A DNA stretch of 64,000 bases from Spirochaetia bacterium (lineage in GTDB: Bacteria; Spirochaetota; Spirochaetia; SP-2023). The DNA lies in contig OZ253665.1 of the NCBI GenBank assembly GCA_965263295.1, forward strand, positions 480,001 through 544,000, in the 5' to 3' direction. Within the stretch, counting starts at the first letter, position 1. Each line of letters opens with the position of its first letter. The notes beneath the pieces are model-generated. The model ran no database searches and was not told the origin of the DNA. It saw only the letters and a program-made list of their open reading frames with translations. Of the stretch, positions 31,001-38,878 are shown piece by piece. The translations under genes and the position numbers were made by a program.

Positions 31001-32963
31001 TTTCGGGAGGCTCAAACCAGGCTTCACTGCCGGACTCAAGTCTGTCTTCAAGTTCGGAAGAATTGGCGGCTCCCGCTTCGTCTTTCGGTTCTTTCTGCGG
31101 TTCTCTTGCCGGTATTTGGATGCCGAGAATTTCTTGGTCCCACTCGTTATTTGGGAAAAAGATATCTTGTTCTTCTGCGTCGCTAAATTCGCGATCACGC
31201 TTCTCTGGCATATTTTGATCAGAAACGGCGGGTTCTGAGCTCAATGCTTGATTGGATTCTTTGTCCAATTTTTCATCTAGTTCCCCATCTAATTCTCCAT
31301 GCAATTCTTCATGCAATTCATCATTAAATTCTTGATTCAATTCATTTTCGGGAGGTTCAAACCAGGCTTCACTGCCGGACTCAAGTCTGTCCTCAAGTTC
31401 GGAAGAATTGGCGGCTCCCGCTTCGTCTTTCGGTTCTTTCTGCGGTTCTCTTGCCGGTATTTGGATGCCGAGAATTTCTGGGTCCCACTCGTTATTTGGG
31501 AAAAAGATATCTTGTTCTTCTGCGTGGCTAGATTCACGGTCACGATTTTCTGGCATATTTTGATCAGAAACGGCGGGTTCTGAGCTCAATGTTTGATTGG
31601 ATTCTTTGTCCAATTTTTCATTTAATTCCCCATCTAGTTCCCCATCTAATTCATTATGCAATTCTTCATGCAATTCTTCATGCAATTCTTCATGCAATTC
31701 ATCATTAAATTCTTGATTCAATTCATTTTCGGGAGGTTCAAACCAGGCTTCACTGCCGGACTCAAGTCTGTCCTCAAGTTCGGAAGAATTGGCGGCTCCC
31801 GCTTCGTCTTTCGGTTCTTTCTGCGGTTCGTCTTCCGGTATTTGGATGCCGAGAATTTCTGGGTCCCACTCGTTATTTGGGAAAAAGATATCTTGTTCTT
31901 CTGCGTGGCTAGATTCACGGTCACGATTCTCTGGCATATTTTGATCAGAAACGGCGGGTTCTGAGCTCAATGCTTGATTGGATTCTTTGTCCAATTTTTC
32001 ATCCCGGTCCAGGATGCTGGAAACGGTTTCGCCTTCAATGACAGAGAGATGGCTGGTGTCGAGTCCAAGGACTGAATTTTCAAGGTCTAGGTTAAACCAA
32101 CCATCATAGGCGTTGATTCTTGGCTCCGAAGCAAGAGGGCGTTGTGGGAACAGAAGATCCGGGCTGGATTCAGTCGCATTGTTACTTGTAGAACGTTTGG
32201 GGCTTTGCTGATTTTCCAAGTTTTCCAGTTCATATTTGATCTCTTCTTCCAGGTGTTGAAGGTTTTCGACCTCTTTGTTGTCGCCAGCCCACGTAAGGGT
32301 TTCTTTGTTATTGAAGTATTGGCTCTCTACGTTCGGATCAATTGGGCTCTCGGCAGATGCCTTGACTCCTTTTGCTTGATGAGATAGTTCTGGCTGTTCC
32401 TTTACATCTTGCTCAGGCTGCAGTTGAGCCATCAGGCTATGCTCCTGCTCCTTGATAAAGGACTCCCACTGGTCCCATTGTACTTCCATTTGTTCAATGG
32501 AATTCTGCATTGAGCTCATATTGCCTTTTAAAGAATGTATATCTTGATTTAAAATTTCTAAGATTGAACATAGTTTTTCGTGATTTTGCTCTCCGTTTTG
32601 ACTTTGCTGGCTGATACTTTTTTCGAGTTGCTCTACTGTCCGTTGCTGTTCCTGCTGCCCTTGAATAATCTCGCCCTGTTGGTGCTGGATATCTTGACTC
32701 AGGGTTTGTAATTGCGTGATGAGTTCCTCAACTCGTTGAAAACGCTTGTTAATGTCATCTGCGGTGACTTTTGAGCTGCGTCCACGGTGATGGGGTAACT
32801 TAAAATCTGAAAACGGTGTTGTCTTAATGATAGTGCCGTAGCGTAGTTGTTGATCTAGTTGACGAATGGCCATGGTAATCTCATTCAAATTCAGTGGTTT
32901 AAGCAGTCTGCCTAATATATGCTTATGACGGATAATGCTGGGGGCTATTATCGTTTTCGGCAA
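28020..32963 (-). CDS. Very large acidic repeat protein with N-terminal coiled coil
   Basis: 1647-aa ORF (TTG start; ATG 32873 is an alternative); Q/E-rich heptads at aa ~70-180; no signal peptide or TM seen; multiple internal repeats. Confidence 0.8.
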   Translation of the reverse strand: MPKTIIAPSIIRHKHILGRLLKPLNLNEITMAIRQLDQQLRYGTIIKTTPFSDFKLPHHRGRSSKVTADDINKRFQRVEELITQLQTLSQDIQHQQGEIIQGQQEQQRTVEQLEKSISQQSQNGEQNHEKLCSILEILNQDIHSLKGNMSSMQNSIEQMEVQWDQWESFIKEQEHSLMAQLQPEQDVKEQPELSHQAKGVKASAESPIDPNVESQYFNNKETLTWAGDNKEVENLQHLEEEIKYELENLENQQSPKRSTSNNATESSPDLLFPQRPLASEPRINAYDGWFNLDLENSVLGLDTSHLSVIEGETVSSILDRDEKLDKESNQALSSEPAVSDQNMPENRDRESSHAEEQDIFFPNNEWDPEILGIQIPEDEPQKEPKDEAGAANSSELEDRLESGSEAWFEPPENELNQEFNDELHEELHEELHEELHNELDGELDGELNEKLDKESNQTLSSEPAVSDQNMPENRDRESSHAEEQDIFFPNNEWDPEILGIQIPAREPQKEPKDEAGAANSSELEDRLESGSEAWFEPPENELNQEFNDELHEELHGELDGELDEKLDKESNQALSSEPAVSDQNMPEKRDREFSDAEEQDIFFPNNEWDQEILGIQIPAREPQKEPKDEAGAANSSELEDRLESGSEAWFEPPENELNQEFNDELHDELDGELDGELDGELNEKLDKESNQALSSEPAVFDQNMPENRDRESSHAEEQDIFFPNNEWDPEILGIQIPAREPQKEPKDEAGAANSSELEDRLESGSEAWFEPPENELNQELDIQTASSEIERDQQQLVKPDKTPKEQEPVLHLQEPTEELDLRINSEAINFISDEQYPDNPAEINDIVSDILIEWGRNAGIFASQSPDHTEGPGADNYEKPNENTTRSDQGEQQGEQTTIEDNLPSLSQCTAASMNAADLERLSSRKQELPTKMANPIKMVGYRADEHPAHPDTESGTALEPDLQQQIGEAEMECETSLVFSQLQIQAESDGPGNDSAANLHLIDLDYPRTLEDLSSHTLTEIQFEDWNESIELTGQQVSDQTEDSAAQDEDIPQNIQDILDQIAVENDFTRFGNEEEQITAEIREALKSLGPDGMPPSSPEIETGIETGSPEIETGIETGITTGASPTTDTAPTAKGESQPGDMESSDEQLSSEISQLLVNLNSRDEIPPAAGRQYELGQGIQNDDENTHNLKIQDRLELPDNPFEISGVDTSMYLSDLQPAEPDAASIQEGQAIALETPAAGNISEKPSEKPQEELSEDLSKNWDTLNEHNREEPLEYHQQSRVEKSDQPHLESGDELELQDYPASNLSPGFNSYSSVTAAHWPDQYSHDFNSSIIEIPDNPLDLAEPEDIASHVIGDQGDGREQAREQTMEQTAGTERQMPTTSEASASGNISEKPSEKSKEELSEDLSKNWDTLNEHNREEPLEYHQQSRVEKSDQPHLESGDELGLQDYPASNLSPDFNSYSSVTAAHWPDQYSHDFNSNIIEIPDNPLDLAEPEDSASHVIGDQGDGREQATEQAAGTERQMVVKKEDTHRPLASSQVVLLEQDAFSFMDDIASSAPGAANDEIANVFFQSARPQDQPEGLNNEAESQADEEMPEVKKITSDDGIPVLNLNLSAISSNHKPEWSDLILDDNEEFHILLDEGT
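28385..29239 (-). repeat. Two near-identical copies with 447-bp (149-aa) period inside the repeat protein
   Basis: ggtttttcacttatgttgcctg at 28771 and 29218; protein segment GNISEKPSEK...GDGREQA occurs twice. Confidence 0.92.
29605..29670 (-). repeat. Exact 33-bp tandem duplication (SPEIETGIETG x2)
   Basis: cccgtttcaatgcccgtttcaatttctggagaa twice in tandem. Confidence 0.92.
30625..32002 (-). repeat. Four near-identical ~300-bp blocks separated by variable numbers of 12-bp units (periods 381, 345 and 357 bp)
   Basis: Anchor ctttgtccaatttttca at 30902, 31259, 31604 and 31985; linkers encode ELHE/ELDG-type units. Confidence 0.95.
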
Positions 32964-33379
32964 ATAATTTGAAATTCTAACATATTGGTCGGAAAATTCA
33001 TAGGATATGATTAATTGAGGTTGAATCGCATTATTGGGCCACTCTAAGTAAGTCCAGTTTTTGTTCAGTTTGCTGTGGAGGCGCTAGGTTTAAGGCCTGT
33101 CGCTTTTATTGTCGATACTTTGCCAATGCAGATTTAAACCGCACACGTTTTGACAGTGGCAAAATATGGCGTGCACAGAATTTTCCGCAAGGCATTCTAA
33201 CGAATGCCGACTTGTGGTGCTTTAATTTGTGGGCAGCTAGATTTCAATGAAGCCAGAATCTGGAATGCAGGCATGGGGCAGGAGCCAGGGAAAGTACTTT
33301 TGCTCTCTGATTAATGTCGGGGCAATTTGAAACTGGCAAGTGTTTGATTGGAAGTTTGTTAGCCAGTTTCAGCAAGCTA

Positions 33380-33407
33380 TTGACGCACTCGTTTTTTTTC
33401 GCAAAAT
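33380..33407 (+). promoter_or_regulatory. Putative sigma70 promoter of tRNA-Val
   Basis: TTGACG-16 bp-CAAAAT, 14 bp upstream of the tRNA. Confidence 0.45.
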
Positions 33408-33421
33408 AGCGTAACAATCTC

Positions 33422-33495
33422 GGGTGGTTAGCTCAGTCGGTTAGAGTACATGCATGACACGCATGGGGTCGGCGGTTCGAATCCGCCACTACCCA
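33422..33495 (+). tRNA. tRNA-Val(GAC), CCA not encoded
   Basis: Acceptor stem GGGTGGT/ACTACCC; D-arm GCTC/GAGT; anticodon stem CATGC/GCATG with loop ATGACAC; T-arm GGCGG-TTCGAAT-CCGCC. Confidence 0.96.
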
Positions 33496-33670
33496 TTTAT
33501 TTATTCTTTGATTGTATTCGTTTATTGATCTCCTTCCTACCAATCTGCTTTTTTTGTAATATATTGTCAGTTTTTGGGCTAGTTTTTTTGGTTTTTCAAT
33601 TTGGGTAAATTTTGGAGATACGTGTTTTCCGAATTCTCTAGGTCAGAAATTATCAGTAAGTTTATAGGCA

Positions 33671-36559
33671 ATGCTTTCCTACCTTGATGTTTTAAAATAT
33701 AATTTCCCGAAATATCATCGCTTTATAATTTTTAGTGCTATTTGGGTGTGCCTGCTTTGCGTGTCTCTGGGTACTGGCTTGGGGAAGTTGTTGAGTTTTG
33801 CTGCCTATGTCGGAGATTATGAGCCTCTGATTACGAATGACCAACCACTTCCTTCGCGCATTTATGATATTAATAACAATCTTATCACAGAGATTTCCCA
33901 AGGCTCGCGCGAGTTACTGGAACAAAGCGAGCTGACGCGCAATCTAGTCTATGCTCTGCTGGGCCGTGAAGATAGTACGTTTTTTGAACACAATGGTTTT
34001 TCTTTGATAGGCACAGTCCGCGCCTTTACTTATATCGTACTGGACAAGATTTTTCATACTGGAACGGCGGGCGGAGGAAGCACGCTAACTCAGCAGCTCG
34101 CAGGGTCTTTGAAAGCTGATCGCAAAGATATTTCTGTCAGCCGTAAGCTGCGTGAACTTTGGTGGTCTTTTATTTTTGAGAAGTATTACGCTAAAAGTGA
34201 GATATTGGTCACATACCTCAATAATGTGTATTTTGGGGATCGCAATTATGGTATTGAGGCGGCCAGTCGGTTTTTCTTTGGACATTCAGCGCGCGATGAT
34301 AGTGTGGTTGAGGCGGCCTTGGCCATAATTCAGTTGGCGCGACCCAATGGTGATTTTTCACCGTTGCGCCATCCTGAAATGGCTAAACTTCGCCAAGAGG
34401 CAGTATTAGATAAAATAGTAAGGCTTGAATTGATGACTCGTGCCCAGGTTGACCAGGCAAGTCAAGAGTATTGGGACAGTTTTGATCTGACCAAGGTCAG
34501 TCAAAGAAGTCCCAAGCGTGTTGATGAGGCCCCATATTTTTCTGATTTTGTAGCGAGGACACTTGAGCAGCGTCTTTATGGAACAGATAACTTGTTGCAG
34601 GCTGGCTATAGTATCTATACCACCCTCGATTTAAATATACAGCGCAAAATTGACAAGATTGTCCAAGAAGAGATGGTTTCAGTAGATGAAATCTACCAGA
34701 GCCAGAACCTGGATCTGTTTACTATCTTGGAAAAACAGGAGTTACCCGAACTAGCGCGCTTGCGTACGATATTGGGTTTAGGCCTGAACCTTTCGGGAGG
34801 CAGGAGCAAGAGAGCTGCTGAGCAGGATTTACAAAATGAGTTTGCTCCGACCTTGGAGGCTATTGTCACCGCCTTTGGCCTTGAAAGTCAGATTCCCATG
34901 CTGAAAATGTCTGCTGAGCATCTCGATAAATTCCTGGCCCGCACTGTGCCCGAGACGGCATTGCTCGCTATCGATAATCGCACCGGTGGCATAGTGGCTA
35001 TGGTCGGAGGACGGACCTATAACATCAATGAGGCCCGTTTGTTCAACCGCGCTGTCGATGCCCGAGTCCCGCCAGGTTCGGCTTTTAAGTCTCTCTATTT
35101 TGCCGCCGCTTTTGAGAGTCGTGCGGTGAATGGCGGAACTCCCCTGTCGGGCAGGCCATATCGCTTTGTTAACCCTAACGGCGTTTCCTACATTCCCAAC
35201 AACTATTATGCAAAGGAGTTTCAAGGTGTGGTGCTGCCGCGTCGGGCTCTGCAATTATCATTGAATATACCGGCTATTCATGTTCTCGATATGGTGGGCT
35301 TTGATAGAGGGCTGGATATGACAACTCGCCTCCTGGGGATCACAGATCCGCGCATTATTCGCCGGGACTTCCCTTTTGTCTTCCCTGTCGGTTTGGGAAC
35401 TTCGCCGGTGTCGCCGCTTCAGTTGCTGCGGGCCTATTCGGCATTTGTCAACAAGGGCATCCCAATAGACGCCAACCCAATTCGCTATGTCGAAGATCGC
35501 AACGGTCAGATTGTTTTTAATTATGAACAAGAAAGTCGTGACAATATACAAGATGTTGCGCATCGTGTGCTCAGCGAACAGAGCGCATATGTGATGACAA
35601 AAATGCTCCAAAGTGTACCCAGTGGTGGCACCCTATACAATTCCAAGCGTCGGTATGAGGAAAAGTATGGCCGCTTCAAGTTCCCACTGGCGGCGAAAAC
35701 AGGTACGGCAGAAAACTGGTCAGACGGATGGGCTGTAGGTTATACGCCGGAGTATAGCACGGTCGTATGGGTCGGGTTTGATCAGGCTGGCAACTCGCTC
35801 GGAGAGGCCCTATTTGGAGGCCGGGCTGCTGGACCGATGTTTATGCGTACAATGGGCGTTCTGCATCAAGACGAAGATCCGGATATAGACTTCACTCGTC
35901 CAGAAGGAGTCTTCAGTATGGCTGTGGACAAACGCAATGGCTACCGCTGGGTGCCCGCCTGTGGCAACGAAAACAAGACTTATGAGTGGTTTTTGCAGGG
36001 GACCGGGCAAACTAAAAATTGTACTCAGGCCCCGAAAATGGATGTTTTTAATGCCAATATTATGCCTTATTCGGGATTGGAAGACTTAAATTATGAACCG
36101 CTGGAATCGAGCGGTATAGATATTTCAGACTTTGATTTTTTAAATGACCCGAGTCCGGCGTCCAGCCGTTTGAACGATGGGCCAAGCGATGCACCGGGCC
36201 GCGGTGAAGGTCGTAAAAGTCCAGAAGAAGGACGAGCTCTCGCAACAGATGGTGAGACAGGCCGCATACTTGAAAGTCGACCGGAAAGTCAGCTTGGAAG
36301 TCGGCCAGAAAGTCAACCAGATGGCAACTCTGATAATCCCTCCACAGATTCTAAGGTTGGAAATCTTGAGGGAGCTGAGGCCTCTGGGGACAGTGTGACA
36401 CAGTCCGGACGGGAAGCTGCTGCCGGCGATATGCCCGGGCATGACGGGTCTTTGAGTCAAGAAGCGGCAATAAATCCACCGGCGCAAGTAGATCAATTCC
36501 CGGATTCTGAGCCAGATACTCAATCCGAGCTCAATGCTATTATTGAATCTGATAGCTAG
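33671..36559 (+). CDS. Class A penicillin-binding protein (PBP1A-type transglycosylase/transpeptidase)
   Basis: EDSTFFEHNG, GGSTLTQQL, RKLRE, YLNNVYFG; transpeptidase SAFK, SLN and KTGT; disordered C-terminal tail. Confidence 0.95.
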   Translation: MLSYLDVLKYNFPKYHRFIIFSAIWVCLLCVSLGTGLGKLLSFAAYVGDYEPLITNDQPLPSRIYDINNNLITEISQGSRELLEQSELTRNLVYALLGREDSTFFEHNGFSLIGTVRAFTYIVLDKIFHTGTAGGGSTLTQQLAGSLKADRKDISVSRKLRELWWSFIFEKYYAKSEILVTYLNNVYFGDRNYGIEAASRFFFGHSARDDSVVEAALAIIQLARPNGDFSPLRHPEMAKLRQEAVLDKIVRLELMTRAQVDQASQEYWDSFDLTKVSQRSPKRVDEAPYFSDFVARTLEQRLYGTDNLLQAGYSIYTTLDLNIQRKIDKIVQEEMVSVDEIYQSQNLDLFTILEKQELPELARLRTILGLGLNLSGGRSKRAAEQDLQNEFAPTLEAIVTAFGLESQIPMLKMSAEHLDKFLARTVPETALLAIDNRTGGIVAMVGGRTYNINEARLFNRAVDARVPPGSAFKSLYFAAAFESRAVNGGTPLSGRPYRFVNPNGVSYIPNNYYAKEFQGVVLPRRALQLSLNIPAIHVLDMVGFDRGLDMTTRLLGITDPRIIRRDFPFVFPVGLGTSPVSPLQLLRAYSAFVNKGIPIDANPIRYVEDRNGQIVFNYEQESRDNIQDVAHRVLSEQSAYVMTKMLQSVPSGGTLYNSKRRYEEKYGRFKFPLAAKTGTAENWSDGWAVGYTPEYSTVVWVGFDQAGNSLGEALFGGRAAGPMFMRTMGVLHQDEDPDIDFTRPEGVFSMAVDKRNGYRWVPACGNENKTYEWFLQGTGQTKNCTQAPKMDVFNANIMPYSGLEDLNYEPLESSGIDISDFDFLNDPSPASSRLNDGPSDAPGRGEGRKSPEEGRALATDGETGRILESRPESQLGSRPESQPDGNSDNPSTDSKVGNLEGAEASGDSVTQSGREAAAGDMPGHDGSLSQEAAINPPAQVDQFPDSEPDTQSELNAIIESDS

Positions 36560-36702
36560 ATATTACTTTTTGTATTGTATATTGATAGTTCGAATTTCAT
36601 TTCGTCGGGTACTTGGGGCGAGACGCGTTTTTCAGTATAACTTGTTCAGTACAATGATGCATCGTCTCGTCGCGTGCAAAGTGACATTCGGAGTGGGAAA
36701 CT

Positions 36703-38802
36703 ATGGCGGAAAACATACGAAATATCGGTATCATTGCGCATATTGATGCCGGCAAGACGACGACGACCGAGAGGATTCTGTTTTATACCGGAAAAAGTCA
36801 TCGTATCGGCGAGGTCGATAGTGGCAGTGCGGCTATGGACTGGATGGCGCAGGAACAAGACCGGGGAATCACCATTGTCGCTGCGGCAACCACCTGTTAT
36901 TGGCAGTATAAAGCCGGCGGACGAGAGGAAGAAGTACGGATAAACTTAATTGACACTCCCGGTCATGTCGATTTTACGGCCGAAGTTGAGCGCTCCTTGC
37001 GGGTACTCGACGGTGCCGTTGCCGTGCTTTGTGCGGTAAAGGGGATTGAATCACAAACGGAGACGGTGTGGCGTCAGGCCGAGCGTTATCATATACCGCA
37101 ATTGGTGTATATCAATAAAATGGACCGCGCGGGTGCCGATTTTGAAGGTGCCGTGCAGCAATTGCGCGACAAATTTGGCGTAAAACCATTGCCTCTTTAT
37201 CTACCCATTGGCGCGGAGGGCAATTACAGTGGCAATATTGATGTATTGTGTCGCGAGGAAATTTACTTCGTCGGCGAGAATGGTGCGACCATTGAGCGAC
37301 GCCCCCTTGCCGAGGCCACGCGCGAACGGGCTCAAATGGCCTACGATGAGCTGATCAATATTCTAAGTGAGAGTGAAGATCGGATTGCCGAGCTCTATCT
37401 AGAGGGGCAGGAAATCCCATTGGAACTTTGCCAGGATGTGATTCGCCGCCTCTGCTTGGCGAAGGAAATTATACCCGTATATGCCGGTTCATCTTTGAAA
37501 AATAAGGGAATACAGCAGCTGCTCGACGGAGTTGCCCTCTATCTGCCCGGCCCGGCCGACGTGCCACCGATTCAGGCCCCTAGACTTGACAAGAAGAAAA
37601 TTAGGGACAAGTCCCTACAGTTCGGCCATATGGCCGAACTGCGTGCCGACAGCGGCGAAGAACTGGCAGCTTTAGTCTTTAAGGTCCAGTACCATAAGGA
37701 AATGGGCATGCTTTGTTACGTGCGCATTTACAGCGGTATTCTGAAGGCGAATAGCAATGTCTTCAACGTGCGCAAGGGTCGGCGCGAACGCGTCAACCGC
37801 CTGATCCAGATGCATGCCAATAGTCACCAACCGGTATCCGAGCTGAAAGCTGGAGAAATTGGCGTGGTCGTTGGTTTTAAGTTAGCGCAGACGGGAGACA
37901 GTATCTGTAATGAAAAAGAGCCGTTCCTTTTGGAGTCAATGGATTTTCCTGAGCCGGTAATATCTATTGCGATTGAGCCACAAAGCGGTTCAGACAGTGA
38001 CAAGTTAATGCTGGCATTGCAGAACCTGGAGCGCGAAGACCCGACTTTTCATGTCCAGGAGAGCAGCGATACCGGTCAAGTATTACTTTCGGGAATGGGT
38101 GAATTACACCTGGAGGTCTTGTGCACCCGTTTGCGCGAAGAATACAAGCTACATTTCCGCACCGGCAATCCGAGAGTTGTCCATCGTGAAGCCTTGCCGG
38201 GTGTGTGTTGTGGACTGGGCCGCTTTGAGCATGAAATTGCCGGGGTGCGGCAGGAAATTGTGATTGAACTAGAATTGCGGCCTGTAGAATGTTTTAATGG
38301 TCGGCCCTCTGACGGGATGGGCTCTAGCAACAACCACTTTCGCAACTTGTGTCGTGATCTGCCCGGCATGTATGTCCGCTTGATACAAGAATCGGCCATG
38401 CGTCACTTGGAAGCCGGCTTCCGTCTAGGTTATCCGGCAATCAATGTCGATGTGGGTTTGAAATCTTGTACATATAATGCAGAAGATCCATATGAACCGG
38501 GCTTTGAGGCGGCTGTGGCGTATGCGATTGATCAGGCTGTACGCCAGCAGGACATCCTGTTGCTCGAGCCGGTTATGCGGGTGATCATTATGGCGCCGGC
38601 AGAATATGTGGGCGATGTCATCAGTCAATTGACTCAGCGACAAGGTCAGGTCCACAGTCTAGATTCGCGGCCTGGCTGCGATGTGATTGATGCCACGGCC
38701 CCGCTGTCCCGGCTCTTCGGTTATTCGACGCAGCTGCGCAGCCAGACCCAAGGGCGCGGCTCGTTTTCACTGGAGTTTGATCATTTTGCCCCGGCAGTGT
38801 GA
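36703..38802 (+). CDS. fusA: Elongation factor G, divergent EF-G2-like paralogue
   Basis: [39 protein letters not shown]; domain IV loops diverged. Confidence 0.92.
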   Translation: MAENIRNIGIIAHIDAGKTTTTERILFYTGKSHRIGEVDSGSAAMDWMAQEQDRGITIVAAATTCYWQYKAGGREEEVRINLIDTPGHVDFTAEVERSLRVLDGAVAVLCAVKGIESQTETVWRQAERYHIPQLVYINKMDRAGADFEGAVQQLRDKFGVKPLPLYLPIGAEGNYSGNIDVLCREEIYFVGENGATIERRPLAEATRERAQMAYDELINILSESEDRIAELYLEGQEIPLELCQDVIRRLCLAKEIIPVYAGSSLKNKGIQQLLDGVALYLPGPADVPPIQAPRLDKKKIRDKSLQFGHMAELRADSGEELAALVFKVQYHKEMGMLCYVRIYSGILKANSNVFNVRKGRRERVNRLIQMHANSHQPVSELKAGEIGVVVGFKLAQTGDSICNEKEPFLLESMDFPEPVISIAIEPQSGSDSDKLMLALQNLEREDPTFHVQESSDTGQVLLSGMGELHLEVLCTRLREEYKLHFRTGNPRVVHREALPGVCCGLGRFEHEIAGVRQEIVIELELRPVECFNGRPSDGMGSSNNHFRNLCRDLPGMYVRLIQESAMRHLEAGFRLGYPAINVDVGLKSCTYNAEDPYEPGFEAAVAYAIDQAVRQQDILLLEPVMRVIIMAPAEYVGDVISQLTQRQGQVHSLDSRPGCDVIDATAPLSRLFGYSTQLRSQTQGRGSFSLEFDHFAPAV

Positions 38803-38828
38803 GCCATTTTCTGTCCGTGTCCGCCATA

Positions 38829-38878
38829 GTTAACGATGGTTAAAGATGCTTAACGATGCTGAATAATGGTTAGCCATG
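38829..38878 (+). repeat. Five imperfect 10-bp tandem repeats spanning the dxs start codon
   Basis: gttaacgatg gttaaagatg cttaacgatg ctgaataatg gttagccatg. Confidence 0.8.

Noticed and set aside
30625..32002. Repeat/variable-linker pattern as a CRISPR array
   Set aside because: Units are ~300 bp and in frame within a CDS, linkers are themselves 12-bp repeats, and no cas genes are present
33422..33670. Integrative element at tRNA-Val
   Set aside because: No integrase and no duplicated tRNA 3' end seen in the window
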